DNA of 63,295 bases, filler included, from Octopus bimaculoides (taxonomy: Eukaryota), in the NCBI RefSeq assembly GCF_001194135.2. It is 9 parts of 8 records of this genome, joined end to end, with 100 filler letters (N's around TTAATTAATTAA, not from the genome) between each part and the next. Parts side by side here need not be neighbours in the genome. Positions count along the whole stretch, not along the records: positions 24,663 to 27,687 come from NC_068990.1; positions 27,788 to 38,720 come from NW_026324844.1; 7 more parts are not named here. One strand, given 5' to 3'. Position numbers and translations under genes: made by a program. Positions 24,663 to 37,345 of this stretch are shown piece after piece. Positions within the stretch are counted from its first letter, which is position 1. Each line of letters begins with the position of its first letter. The notes below the pieces were generated by a model. The model worked only from the letters and a program-made list of their open reading frames with translations. It made no database searches and was not told the origin of the DNA.

Positions 24663-24957
24663 GCATGTCAAGATCATCTCTGATGTAACTTTTGATGTGG
24701 CTTAGGAAAGGTTTCAAAAGAATGTCCAAGAAATTGCTTAAGCGATGTGTTTCGCAGGAGGTGCCTGCTATAATGGGTCTTAGTTTTAAATCCTCCGGTG
24801 CCTTGATGTTGATGTAGATTTCAGAGGAGAGTTTGCAAGCTTCGGTGATGGATTTGTTCTTATGGATTTTAGGGAGGCCATAGAAGAGGCTGGGCTTGCA
24901 TTTGAAATTAGTGATGTAATCTTTTTCTTTGTCCGTGAGTCCTTGACCTTGCTGGAG
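24663..24957 (-). mobile_element. Penelope-like element reverse transcriptase fragment (open frame)
   Basis: LTDKEKDYITNFKCKPSLFYGLPKIHK...LRPIIAGTSCETHRLSNFLDILLKPFLSHIKSYIRDDLD, the PLE RT N-terminal motifs; 98 codons with no stop. Confidence 0.9.
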
Positions 24958-25034
24958 TATATGTATATATGTGTGTGTGTGAGTATGTGAGTGTGTGTGT
25001 GTGTGCTATAATATACTGTGGAATATATGTGCAT

Positions 25035-25205
25035 AGGCGCAGGCGTTACTCTGTGTGGCAAGGTTGTAAGAAGTTTGCTTTCCAGTCACATGGCAAGTGT
25101 CTTCTAATATAGCCTCGAACCCTGTGAGTAGATTTGGTAGACACGAAACTGAAATAAGCACGTCGTATGTATGTATGTATGTATGTATGTATGTATGTAT
25201 GTATG

Positions 25206-25254
<49 letters not shown>

Positions 25255-25880
25255 TCGTGCTGATTAGTGCTCGTTGTCACTTTAGTGACGTATATATTTC
25301 TGCCTTTAGGTTGTAAAACTGCGAATTAGTTACCCATATTATTTATAATTTTTCACTTAAAAGTGAAATCAGGCTATGATTTAAACGGAAAGTTTCTAAT
25401 CCGACAAGACGAGCTGAGTTTAACCCTAGGCGTGGTAAGAGCCAAGGATGAGCATTAAGATGCGTTAAGCATCAAAATGCAAAATCATCGATGATCTGAC
25501 TTTTTCTGTAACCATAGGGAGCTTGCCCCCCTTATCAGTCAATAAGATAGTGCTTCTGTGGCTATTGAGTTATTCTGACTCTTATTTCTAGGAATATTGG
25601 TGTTGATTATTGCCCTTTGTCACTTTAGTGACATATATATTTCAGCCTTTAGGTTGTAAAATTGCGAGTTAGCCACCCATGTTATTTATATGTATAATTA
25701 TATATTTATGTGTCTGAGTGTGTTTTTGACCCCCACCATCATTTGTCAACCTATGTTGGTGTATTTGTGTCTACGTAGCTTAGCAGTACGTCATTTGAGA
25801 CCGATAGAATAATAAGTACCAAGCTTACAAAGAATAAGTTCTGGGGTCGATTTCTTCGACTAAAGCCCTTGATGCGGTAC
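25035..25880 (+). mobile_element. SINE family B interrupted inside its microsatellite by a direct-repeat-flanked insert
   Basis: 5' part at 25035-25168, 3' part at about 25715-25880. Confidence 0.75.
25257..25691. repeat. Unclassified 435-bp element with about 91-bp terminal direct repeats
   Basis: 25257-25347 versus 25600-25691 align with about 11-12 differences. Confidence 0.75.
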
Positions 25881-25944
25881 TCCATGCTGGAGTACTGTCT
25901 ACACAGTGAGAGTGAGATTTAAAACAAGGATATATATCTTTTAA

Positions 25945-26205
25945 CTTTTATCTTTTACTTGTTTCAGTTATTATACTGCGGCGATGCTGGGGCACCGCCT
26001 TGAAGAACCTTCAGCTGAATATATCGATCCCCCAGTAGTTACTTTTTATAAACCTGATACTTATTCTACCGGGCTCTTATGCCGAAACGCTAAGTTACAA
26101 GGGCGCAAACACATCAGCACCTGTTGTCAAGCGGTGCTGGGGTAGAAACAGACACAAACACACTCACACATACATGCATATATACGACGAGTTTCTTTCA
26201 CATTA
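25945..26205 (-). mobile_element. SINE family B 3' part
   Basis: TTTTACTTGTTTCAGT...CATGCTGGGGCACCGCCTT type reverse-complement 3' end. Confidence 0.75.
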
Positions 26206-26559
26206 TTTACATTATTTACATTTGACGGATATTTGTCCTCATTTTTTGTCTGTTGTTAACACAACGTTTGGGCTGATATACCTTTCAGCAAAGAGTTCTG
26301 AGGTTCACATTTTCTTTATTCGGCTCTAATATTCTTTAGTGGCACTTGTTTTGTTACAGGTGCCATTGTAAGATATTTTTTCATTCACCCCTAGATACCT
26401 GTAACATTCCTAGCAAGCTATAGGGGAAACATTGATGGAAATGTTACTAGTCTGGTTTATAGTTTTCCCGACTTCTCACAACCATATACCATTTATGCTG
26501 ATCAAACTCCAACCCTATGTATGTATGTATGTATGTATGTATGTATGTATGTATGTATG

Positions 26560-26590
<31 letters not shown>

Positions 26591-27612
26591 GAACACACAC
26601 ATATAAAGTTATGTCTATGAGAGAAATACATTCCAATATAATTTATCATTTGAGATTTTAGAGTTCACCAAACAATTTCACTTTAATTTCCATTAATTTT
26701 CCTTTTTTTTGTTTGTTATATTACTCACGCCTACAAGTTCCTTCGCAAACGACACAGCTGTTACTCGGGAGTTGTGTGTTTCCATATGTAAATGTGATAA
26801 ATTTAGCACTTAACAGTCAATACAATTGAAAATATTTCTTTTGATGAGATTTCCATAAGGCAGAAAATCCCCATGTCGAAAGCCGATGATGAAAAATTGC
26901 CCCTCACTCTATTATACGTTATCATCATTTCTCCCATTTGTCTGTGTTACAGAAAGAGACAGAGTAAGCGAGCGAGAGAGAAGGAGAGAGTGAAGAAGAA
27001 AGTGAAAGAAGCAAAGAAAGAAAGAGAGAGAGAGAGACAGAGACTGAAAGAGACTGAGACTGAAAGTGGGAGAGATAGAGAGAGAGAGGGAGAAAGACTC
27101 AATCGAATGTTGACTCATTTCAGATGACAACAGTATGTGCGTTACTATGGAAACAAACCTCTTTACAACACCATTCTTTCAGAGTCACCTGCTTCTGACA
27201 ACACTTCGCCAGTACCGCCAATAGTAACTTAAAGCCCACTAATCATCTTTATGATTCATCATCCCTACACAAGCATGACCATCACAATTGCCAATAGTAT
27301 GAGCATTATCGAGTCATTTTTATCGATTTCTTCTAAACGTGGAATTGCATTCCATAACTTCATTAACATATTAGGTTTTTTAAAAATCAAATCACGATTT
27401 ATTCGTTGTCTTTGAAATATAGTGTGTTATATAGTTTTACTCCATTCTTTCACTCTTGTCTCTCTACTTCCGTCTATATATAGTAATGCTTGAAATAAGA
27501 CACACATACACACAGACATATCGAGATGCATCTATGTATGGAAGTATGTATGCATACATGCAGGTATGCATGCATGTATGTATGTGTGAATATACATTAA
27601 CATATACATGCA

Positions 27613-27687
<75 letters not shown>

Positions 27688-28304
27688 NNNNNNNNNNNNN
27701 NNNNNNNNNNNNNNNNNNNNNNNNNNNNNNNTTAATTAATTAANNNNNNNNNNNNNNNNNNNNNNNNNNNNNNNNNNNNNNNNNNNNAGTCAAATTTAAA
27801 ATTAAAGAATTTAGGTTTAGAAGGTAGGCGTTAAATGTAATATCCAAATGTGTTTCAAGGTAGGTCCCAGGTAGTATTTCTGCAGGGCACGTTCACCACT
27901 TATTTACAAGGCTGCGCGCTCATCTTTGGATCTACATCCGGAATTCCAAGATGCACGTAGCATATATTTTAAAAGATTTATACAAAATAACGAGTGTAAT
28001 AAGAAGCATCTGTTAGCAAAACACAGAAGTATTTATTAACCTTTTTCTTTCCTTTAAAAATTGGCACGAACTTTCTGGACAACCCAATATNNNNNNNNNN
28101 NNNNNNNNNNNNNNNNNNNNNNNNNNNNNNNNNNNNNNNNNNNNNNNNNNNNNNNNNNNNNNNNNNNNNNNNNNNNNNNNNNNNNNNNNNNNNNNNNNNN
28201 NNNNNNNNNNNNNNNNNNNNNNNNNNNNNNNNNNNNNNNNNNNNNNNNNNNNNNNNNNNNNNNNNNNNNNNNNNNNNNNNNNNNNNNNNNNNNNNNNNNN
28301 NNNN

Positions 28305-28352
<48 letters not shown>

Positions 28353-29631
28353 GTGTGTGTAAACACGCATACATAAATACATATATAAAGATTAGTAGGT
28401 GGAAACTTCTAAGTTACTTTCAATACTATTCTTGATAATGTATAATAAATTTGTACCCTACAAAAGTATCGAGTAATCCTTAAGTCTAATTTGACTTAAA
28501 AGCAAGCACTAAACCACGCTTACATATATAATACATACATACATACGCACATATATACACATATAAACATATATATACATTTACATATTTATATATACGT
28601 GTTAATGTATCAAGGTTTATATGAAGGTATGTATTACACACATATTAAACAAGTGTAAATTAATATATATTTGCGCACGTGTCTCTGAATGTGTGGTCTG
28701 ATTATGTATATATAACCTTGTTCTTATGAATGTGTCTGCTAACGTATCTGTATGTGTCTGTATGTGTGTGAATAACGTGAGTGTATGCATGTAAACGTGT
28801 GTTTATATGTATGTGCGTATGCCTGCGTACGTATGCGTGCATAGCGCAATGGAATTGCTCACAACATTTGTCAAACGTAGATTAACAACGCCGCTGGCGT
28901 CTATCAAATCGCTATTCATAACTTAATATTTCGACGAACTCGCTGTAATTCCACTAGCTAGGTGTAATTAGAAACCTTATCAAAACAGAATAAAAATCTC
29001 TCTAATTAAAATCTAATGTAATATATGAATTAATATATATTTCTATAGGACATATTAAGTTTCAACGTGATGGTGGATCTCAATGATTGTGAATTCTAGC
29101 GTGGCTGATTAAAAGCCTTCCGGTATTCAGTTAGCTCCCTTTAATCTACTCCGTTAAACAACACGCGTTTCCATTTAGATATATCTGTGTTCTGGAGTCC
29201 AGTGCCGTTAAAATTAATACTGATTGGTCCCAGCATGGTTACAGACCTGAGGCTAATAGATGTAAAATTATATAAGAATATATCTGTAATAGAATATTGG
29301 AGTGTAACACCAATTGTGCGAAGTATTGGCGTGAAATTGTTATGAATTTTTGGACTATAATTGACGAGGAAAGAGTTTGTCCACGTCTTATGGGTTAATT
29401 CTCCTTTTGTTCCTTTTGTCGTCCTTCAGTGCAAATTTTGAATCTTACACACACACGCGCACACACATACACACACACAAACGCACATACAAACACATAC
29501 ATACATATATACGTATACACACTCATACGTATATACATATACATATACGAATTTATATATATATATATGAATATATATATATAGATATATATATATATGT
29601 ATATATCCATATGTATATATATAGTTGTCGA

Positions 29632-30440
29632 CTGTAGACACAAGGCGCAAATTTTGGGTGGCGGGATTAGATCGACCCCAGTAAGCAATTGGTACTTAAT
29701 TTATCGACTCCGAAAGGATGAAAGGCGAAGTCGACCTCAACTTAATTTGAACTCAGAACGTAAAGGCAGACGAAATACCGCGAAACATTTCGCCTGTTGT
29801 GCTAACATTTCTTATTTCTTTATTGCCCACAAGGGGCTAAACATAGAGGGGGCAAACAAGGACAGACAAACGATTTAAATCGATTATATCGACTCCAGTG
29901 CGTAACTGGTACTTAATTTATCGACCCCGAAAGGATGAAAAATAAAGTCGACCTCGACTTAATTTGAACTCAGAACGTAAAGGCAGACGAAATACCGCTA
30001 AGCATTTCGCCTGTTGGGCTAACATTTATTTTTTTACTGCCCACAAGGGGCTACACACAGAGGGGACAAACAAGGACAGACAAACGGATGAAGTCGATTA
30101 CATCGACCCCAGTGCTAACGTTTCCAGCAGCTAAGGTTTCTTATTTCTTTACAGGCCACAAGGGGCTAAACATAGAGGGGACAAACAAGGACAGACAAAC
30201 GTATCAAGTCGATTAGATCGACCTTAGTGCGTAACTGGTACTTAATTTATCGACTCCGAAAGGATGAAAGGCAAAGTCGACCTCGGTGGAATTTGAACTC
30301 AGAACGTAAAGGCAGACGAAATACCGCTAAGCATTTCGCCCGGTGTGCTAACGTTTCTGCCAGCTCGCCGCCTTACGTTTCCGCCAGCTAACGTTTCTTA
30401 TTTCTTTACTGCCCACAAGGGGCTACACACAGAGGGGACA
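29632..30440 (-). mobile_element. Tandem multimer of SINE family A units
   Basis: On the minus strand: tail1, head-core-tail1, short partial, tail1, then two truncated-head units, ending in tail 2. The last two units share private variants (CAACAGGCG, TTCAAATTAAGT). Confidence 0.9.
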
Positions 30441-31586
30441 ACACTTAGCAGAAGCCTGACGAGTTAAGTTCGCTTGACCAGTCTACGTAACTTGAAGTTG
30501 TACAGAACCGAATCAATTGTTATAAGGTGAGTGTGCGTGCGCGTGTGTGAGAGCAAGAGAGAGAGAGAGAGAGGAGTTCGAGTGTGTGCACGCACGCGTA
30601 GGTGCGTGGCTGAGTGCATGCTGCGTGTCGTGTTTCTTATCTATCCTCGCTTGAGGAAAGGAGTCGGTCTATTGATTACCTCTCCGTAAACTAGTGGTTC
30701 GGCAAAAGTGGACAGAGAAAATTTTGCCCTAGTTGAAGAAAATAAACCCGGACCTAGATTTGTTCTACCAAACCGTTCAAGACGGAATCCCAGGATGGTC
30801 GCAATACAATGACTGAAAGGAATCAATAAGAAAAGAAAATAGGTGAATGAAAGCAATAATCAAGCTTGGTAAAGTTCCATGCTAGAAATAGCAGACAAAT
30901 TTACCAAAGAAAGGAAAGGCAGATCAGTTAAGAAATCTAGAATATAAAAGGTTATATTGTTTTTGATAATATGGCTTCTAGATCAAGCTGCTGTTAACGA
31001 CGACAACAACAACAACATAAATGGAAGAAGCAACAACAGCGGTTATCTGTATCTTCCTTGTTCTACTATTTTAAATTATCATGTTATTTATTTAATTTTC
31101 CTGACAGTTCACATTTCGAAGTCTCTAAGGAGAGGAAATAAACATAGAGACATCCAACTCGAAAAATGGAATGGAAAAACACAAAAACAATATGGCTGAC
31201 TTCTGGTTGTGTTTTCATTCAGAAATATCTTTATGTTTTTGCTGTGTTTTTTCTTGTTTTGTTTTGTATATTTGGTTGTATTTATTATTTTTATGTTTCT
31301 TTATTTATATCGTTAGTGTGTACAGTGTATTTGGTTACAGAGCTACAACGGGCCAATCGCTGGTTCACTGCAGTATGTTTTCCGCTATTAAATATTTTAT
31401 GAGACCCTTGAGCCGTGTTTGACCAGAAATCTGGAGCCAGTTACAACGGTCGCAGAGAACTACTCACACACGCGCACACACATAAACACGAACAAACACG
31501 CCTGCACACACATATATGCTCGTGCCAGCGTTCATCTCACTTCGTGTGTATATAATTCATGTGTGTGCGTGCGTCTGTATATATAA

Positions 31587-31636
<50 letters not shown>

Positions 31637-31877
31637 NNNNNNNNNNNNNNNNNNNNNNNNNNNNNNNNNNNNNNNNNNNNNNNNNNNNNNNNNNNNNNNN
31701 NNNNNNNNNNNNNNNNNNNNNNNNNNNNNNNNNNNNNNNNNNNNNNNNNNNATATATATGGATGCGTGTATCTTTATCTCATTATCATTCTCTGTCTCTC
31801 TCTGTATATATATATATATATAAATCTATAATCCTATTTCAATACCACTTATATGAATATATGTATACATGTATTCT

Positions 31878-31910
<33 letters not shown>

Positions 31911-32148
31911 CTGTGTATATATATATATATATCATATCGTGTCATATCATATCATATTTCGTATATATGCATGTAATGTATGTGTATATAAGTATGTTTT
32001 GCATGTAGGTATATGCATATGCGCGCGCGCGCATATTCAGTTACGTTGCTTACTAATGGACAAATACGTAAGGTGTGTCCAATACATGTAAAACCTGAAA
32101 CTGAAAGCTTTCGCCCGAGTATCGCTCCTTATGAAACGAGACCTTATG

Positions 32149-32250
32149 AAAGTCGACTTCGGCGGAATTTGAACTCAGAACGTACCGACGGACGAAATAC
32201 CTGTAAGCATTTCGCCCGGCGCGCTAACAATTCTGTCACCACGCCGCCTT
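32149..32250 (-). mobile_element. SINE family A head fragment
   Basis: AAAGTCGACTTCGGCGGAATTTGAACTCAGAACG...GCATTTCGCCCGGCGCGCTAAC. Confidence 0.8.
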
Positions 32251-32762
32251 ACGGAACGCTTAATAATAAAGAGATTTAGTAACAAGAATGAAACTCTCGC
32301 AAGATCTATTAATATATAAACAATATTGTATATTTATAATTGTATCTATAGTATATATATTAAATATCTACTGACAGTCAATTTTCGAATACACAACCGT
32401 CAATTGAAAACAAATCACGTATAGACTAAGATAGATTGCCAAGCAAATTGTTTTAATATAAATATAATTGATAACTTTATCGAGCAAGAAACAATTTATA
32501 CGATTGGTTCACTGTTAAATTGTAATTTAACCACAATGGCTTGTACTTATGTCATTTAACCGTGGGGGTGCTCAATATTTAATTATCATTTCGTAGGCAT
32601 CGTCGACTTTAATTGAAATCCAATCTATTTTTCTCTTGGAGTGCTGTCCATTGAATACAAGGGAACGGCTTCGAGTATCGATCAAGCTTTCAATTGAGTT
32701 AAGTGTAAAATTTATTAATTATTAAAGGATTAGTCCAATTAATTAACAATATTTATTTACGT

Positions 32763-32841
<79 letters not shown>

Positions 32842-32897
32842 CATCTATATATACATATATATATACATATATACACACATATATACATTTATATATG

Positions 32898-32939
<42 letters not shown>

Positions 32940-32955
32940 TATACATTTGTATATG

Positions 32956-32997
<42 letters not shown>

Positions 32998-34034
32998 TAT
33001 ACATTTGTATATGCATACATACATATATANNNNNNNNNNNNNNNNNNNNNNNNNNNNNNNNNNNNNNNNNNNNNNNNNNNNNNNNNNNNNNNNNNNNNNN
33101 NNNNNNNNNNNNNNNNNNNNNNNNNNNNNNNNNNNNNNNNNNNNNNNNNNNNNNNNNNNNNNNNNNNNNNNNNNNNNNNNNNNNNNNNNNNNNNNNNNNN
33201 NNNNNNNNNNNNNNNNNNNNNNNNNNNNNNNNNNNNNNNNNNNNNNNNNNNNNNNNNNNNNNNNNNNNNNNNNNNNNNNNNNNNNNNNNNNNNNNNNNNN
33301 NNNNNNNNNNNNNNNNNNNNNNNNNNNNNNNNNNNNNNNNNNNNNNNNNNNNNNNNNNNNNNNNNNNNNNNNNNNNNNNNNNNNNNNNNNNNNNNNNNNN
33401 NNNNNNNNNNNNNNNNNNNNNNNNNNNNNNNNNNNNNNNNNNNNNNNNNNNNNNNNNNNNNNNNNNNNNNNNNNNNNNNNNNNNNNNNNNNNNNNNNNNN
33501 NNNNNNNNNNNNNNNNNNNNNNNNNNNNNNNNNNNNNNNNNNNNNNNNNNNNNNNNNNNNNNNNNNNNNNNNNNNNNNNNNNNNNNNNNNNNNNNNNNNN
33601 NNNNNNNNNNNNNNNNNNNNNNNNNNNNNNNNNNNNNNNNNNNNNNNNNNNNNNNNNNNNNNNNNNNNNNNNNNNNNNNNNNNNNNNNNNNNNNNNNNNN
33701 NNNNNNNNNNNNNNNNNNNNNNNNNNNNNNNNNNNNNNNNNGTAGGCCGCGGCAAAGAATGAATCTTCAAGTATTTACATTTTTTCGTTTGCCTTTTACC
33801 TATTCCAATCAATGGGTTGCTGCCCTGCTGGAACACTGCTGAAGAAAACGTCGTCTGTTCTTCGTGTTTAAGTAACGATCACCATCACCATCACCATCAC
33901 TCAAGAATTTAACTCTACCTTTACCCGTTTCGAGGATCCCATTTTGAAGGAGATTAAAGTGTTGGAATTCTTTGAAATTAACAAATGTATTTCTTGAAAA
34001 AGTGTCAAAACATTGAGAACTCATTTTGTAATAT

Positions 34035-34850
34035 TGTTATATCGCAATACTACACAGTGGTTGTGTGAGCTACGAAATCCTCATCGCCACTGTTATATCT
34101 CACGTTCGGATGACCTTTACTCAACTGATTTCTTTATTCGGCACTTACGGCCACAACACAGAGGGGGACATTACAAGGACAGACATAACATTACAATGGG
34201 GATATAAAACATAAAACGAATGACAATGAGATGTTATATAATGAAGAAATGAAATAGCTGCATGGGCCCCATTCCCATTTGAACGTTAATATACACTATT
34301 TCTATTTACATTCGTTCACTTTTTCTATTGTTATTTCTTAATTATCTGTTTTTTCTCCCTTTTTTTTATAACACAAAACACTTACTTTTTTCCTTTATTT
34401 GTTCGGTTTTTTTTCCAACCACTTTTACTCTTTTTTTTTTTTTAATATCTCATAAAAGGTTCCAAGTCCTTGAGTTCGATTACTGGCGGCAGCTCGTCGA
34501 ACTCCACCGCTACTCTGGGCAGGTAAATTTTTTCTCTGCACATGTCTTTTAGTTTCCAATATGTGTCCTTATCGACCACAATGGCCTTCACATTTTCAGA
34601 GTACACATCTGTGGGTAACTTTACTCTTATAATATGTTTAAATTTTACAATTCTTTTCTCCGTCTCCTTGTTCTTTGAATATGTCACAAAATTCCATTTG
34701 ATTTTACCTCTTCTTGGTTTTTTTCTTTTCTTCTTCCACTACTGGTGTCTTTCTCTCTTCAACTCCATACTACGAGGTCTAGACTTCTCCCTATATATCT
34801 ACGTATTGGGCTAGCCTACTTCATCGTGTGGGGGCGTCGACATAACAAAT
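34035..34850. repeat. Unclassified interspersed repeat E (long copy, contains an orphan ORF)
   Basis: 34035-34126 and 34781-34850 match 45257-45348 and 45361-45430. Confidence 0.8.
34442..34738 (-). pseudogene. Orphan open frame (99 codons) inside repeat E, product unknown
   Basis: WKKKRKKPRRGKIKWNFVTYSK...KLKDMCREKIYLPRVAVEFDELPPVIELKDLEPFMRY*. Protein-like composition and a basic N-terminal stretch; no recognised domain. Confidence 0.35.
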
Positions 34851-34914
34851 ATACAAGAAGTTTGGGATATATCAGGACTTAATTATCTTTTGCCATTTCC
34901 TTGTTTTAGTTATT

Positions 34915-35115
34915 AGAGTAAGGCTACGGTGGGATACCACGCTGAAGAATTTGTTTTTGAATGAATCGACCCCAATACTTATTCAATTTTTAGGGGCGTT
35001 GTATTTATTCTATCGTTCTTTTTTGCCGAACCGTTAAGCTACAGGAACGTAAACATGCCATCATTGGTTGTCAAGCGGTAGTGGTGAACAAAAGTAGTCA
35101 CAAAGACACACACAC
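34915..35115 (-). mobile_element. SINE family B 3' part
   Basis: AATCGACCCCAATACTTATT...TCTATCG..CTTTTTTGCCGAACCGTTAAG...GTTGTCAAGCGG. Confidence 0.75.
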
Positions 35116-35139
35116 ATAGACATATCAGTGGTGGTCTCC

Positions 35140-35400
35140 CTCATCTGGGGTATATTAGATCCGATTCTGTACTGGGCTCCTTTCCCCTTCAGGGTGTTGA
35201 TCTTGTCTGCCTCAAAATCGGAAATGGGTTCGTAGCAAGGGCTTCTCCAACGGGTTCTTTTCGAAGCTACAAATTCCCATGTGTTCAGGATTATATTATA
35301 GGCTTTCAAGCAGCTCTTTAGAGAGTCCTTACAACGGAGGAGTGGCACCAGAGCTAGAAGTGGACTTCGGGTAAGCGAATGATTTCCATGCCTATCACAT
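35140..35400 (-). mobile_element. RTE-clade LINE 3' coding end
   Basis: R.KDSLKSCLKAYNI..NTWEFVASKRTRWR....ISDFE matches the RTE C-terminal RYKD..K..LK...I....WE..A.DR..WR...FE motif. Confidence 0.75.
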
Positions 35401-35939
35401 GACCAACCGCCCTCAGTTGCACGCTCTCTCTCTCTCTCACTCTCTCATAAGGAAACACTCACAAAAAGTGTCGCATCTTGCAAAAACATATGTATTATTA
35501 GGGAGTTTGTCCTGCGAATTGTTAGAGCTGAATAAAATATACTACGTAACAACAACGATAAGAACAACAACAATAAGAGCTGCAGCAGCAGCAGCAGATG
35601 TTGCAGTTAAGGTAATGTCACATGACGAGGACCATATTTCCAACATGGTTTCCCAGACTGCGTTTATTGTGAGATGTTTTAATGTCCGTTCGTGTATCTT
35701 TCTATTTAATTTTAGAATCTTGGGGAAAATTGGCAGTTAGCGTTTATTGATTTTGTTACACAATCTAATTTTACACATGGGTATAATTCCAATGTTAAAA
35801 CAACTTTTAATGGTGTATATTACCGAAGTCTTATCGATCAATTATTCATAAAAGAATATATATGTATATATATATATATATCAATGTGTGTGTGTGCGTA
35901 TGTATACATATGCGTATGCATATGAATATATGTTCATGT

Positions 35940-36120
35940 GTATATATATATATATATATATATTTACACATATATATATATTTACATATATATATATATA
36001 TATATATTTACATATATATATATATATATATTTACATATATATATATATATATATATATTTACATATATATATATATTTACATATATATATATATTTACA
36101 TATATATATATATACATTTA
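35940..36120. repeat. TA-based minisatellite with recurrent TTTACA interruptions
   Basis: (TATA)nTTTACA unit repeated several times. Confidence 0.9.
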
Positions 36121-36325
36121 TATACATATATACGCACACATACATATATGTATGTATATGTGTGTGTGTATATATGTATATATATATATGCATATATACA
36201 TAAACATATAAGTATCTACATATATGTGTGTATATGTACATATACATGCATAAATATGAATACATGCGTTGCGTGTTGAAGGATATATAGTCTTATATAC
36301 ATGTACGCATGTATGTACATATATG

Positions 36326-36387
<62 letters not shown>

Positions 36388-37052
36388 GTACGTATTAGAT
36401 AAATAATGTTAATAACCAAAAAACAAGAGACATTAACTGAAGGAGGAACTCAATACGTGATATGTAGTTCTATATTGCTTTACTTCAAAAAATGTATGAG
36501 TTTTAGATAGATCATTCTTGGAAGGAATTCTAAATCACAGGTAATATATATAACTGTGAGAAATCATACTTACATAAATAGGGGGTTCGCAGTAAATGCG
36601 ACGATATTTTACGGCTCCATTTTTGAGGAAGAACTTGAGGTATTGGTGAGCAGTCCGCGACGTTGGAGAACATAAAGAATAAAGGTGCAGTTGAGAAAGA
36701 GTCAACTGATATGGAGAACTGGAAGTTATCTGAATATTGGGAAAGCGTTAGTTAAATGTGTCATGATGATTGGCGCCGCGTGTCAAAATTCTGACATCGT
36801 GACAACTGTTCGATGCTCTACAACTGTCAAACGGGACATGGACAGCAGCAACTAAGACTACCAAGCTGGAGGGGGGGGGCAGGAAAGGATCCAGTAGGCG
36901 TTCTGACATCAACCCATCTCGTGCAGAGTGAGGTTGAACTTGAGTTCTTGGGGGCATAATCTAACTCCTTAATCCATATACTAGAAATGAACTCGATATG
37001 TTGGATAATAAATATCTGTAGGATTTTCTTAATATTTAAGGGGCAATGACCA

Positions 37053-37345
<293 letters not shown>

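Noticed and set aside
26921-26969. Pyrimidine tract-CAG, 11 nt, then GTAAGC (microexon-like)
   Set aside because: Adjacent to a (GA)n tract that easily produces such matches; no host gene evidence.
29632-30440. Possible CRISPR-like or satellite array
   Set aside because: Units are about 200-bp SINE A modules of irregular length in eukaryotic DNA, with no repeat-spacer structure or cas genes.
30456-30480. CTGACGA followed by a 6-bp UUCG-capped hairpin (hammerhead 5' half)
   Set aside because: CAGT follows instead of GAAA, and helices I and III cannot be formed.
30440-30532. Strong splice donor AAG|GTGAGT at 30527 in a CpG-richer stretch; possible 5' UTR exon
   Set aside because: No acceptor, reading frame or second exon supports it; needs RNA-seq.
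36759-36804. ATGATGA/CTGA box pair inside a 10-bp hairpin (C/D snoRNA-like)
   Set aside because: The boxes are only about 20 nt apart, too short for a snoRNA, and no antisense element is recognisable.
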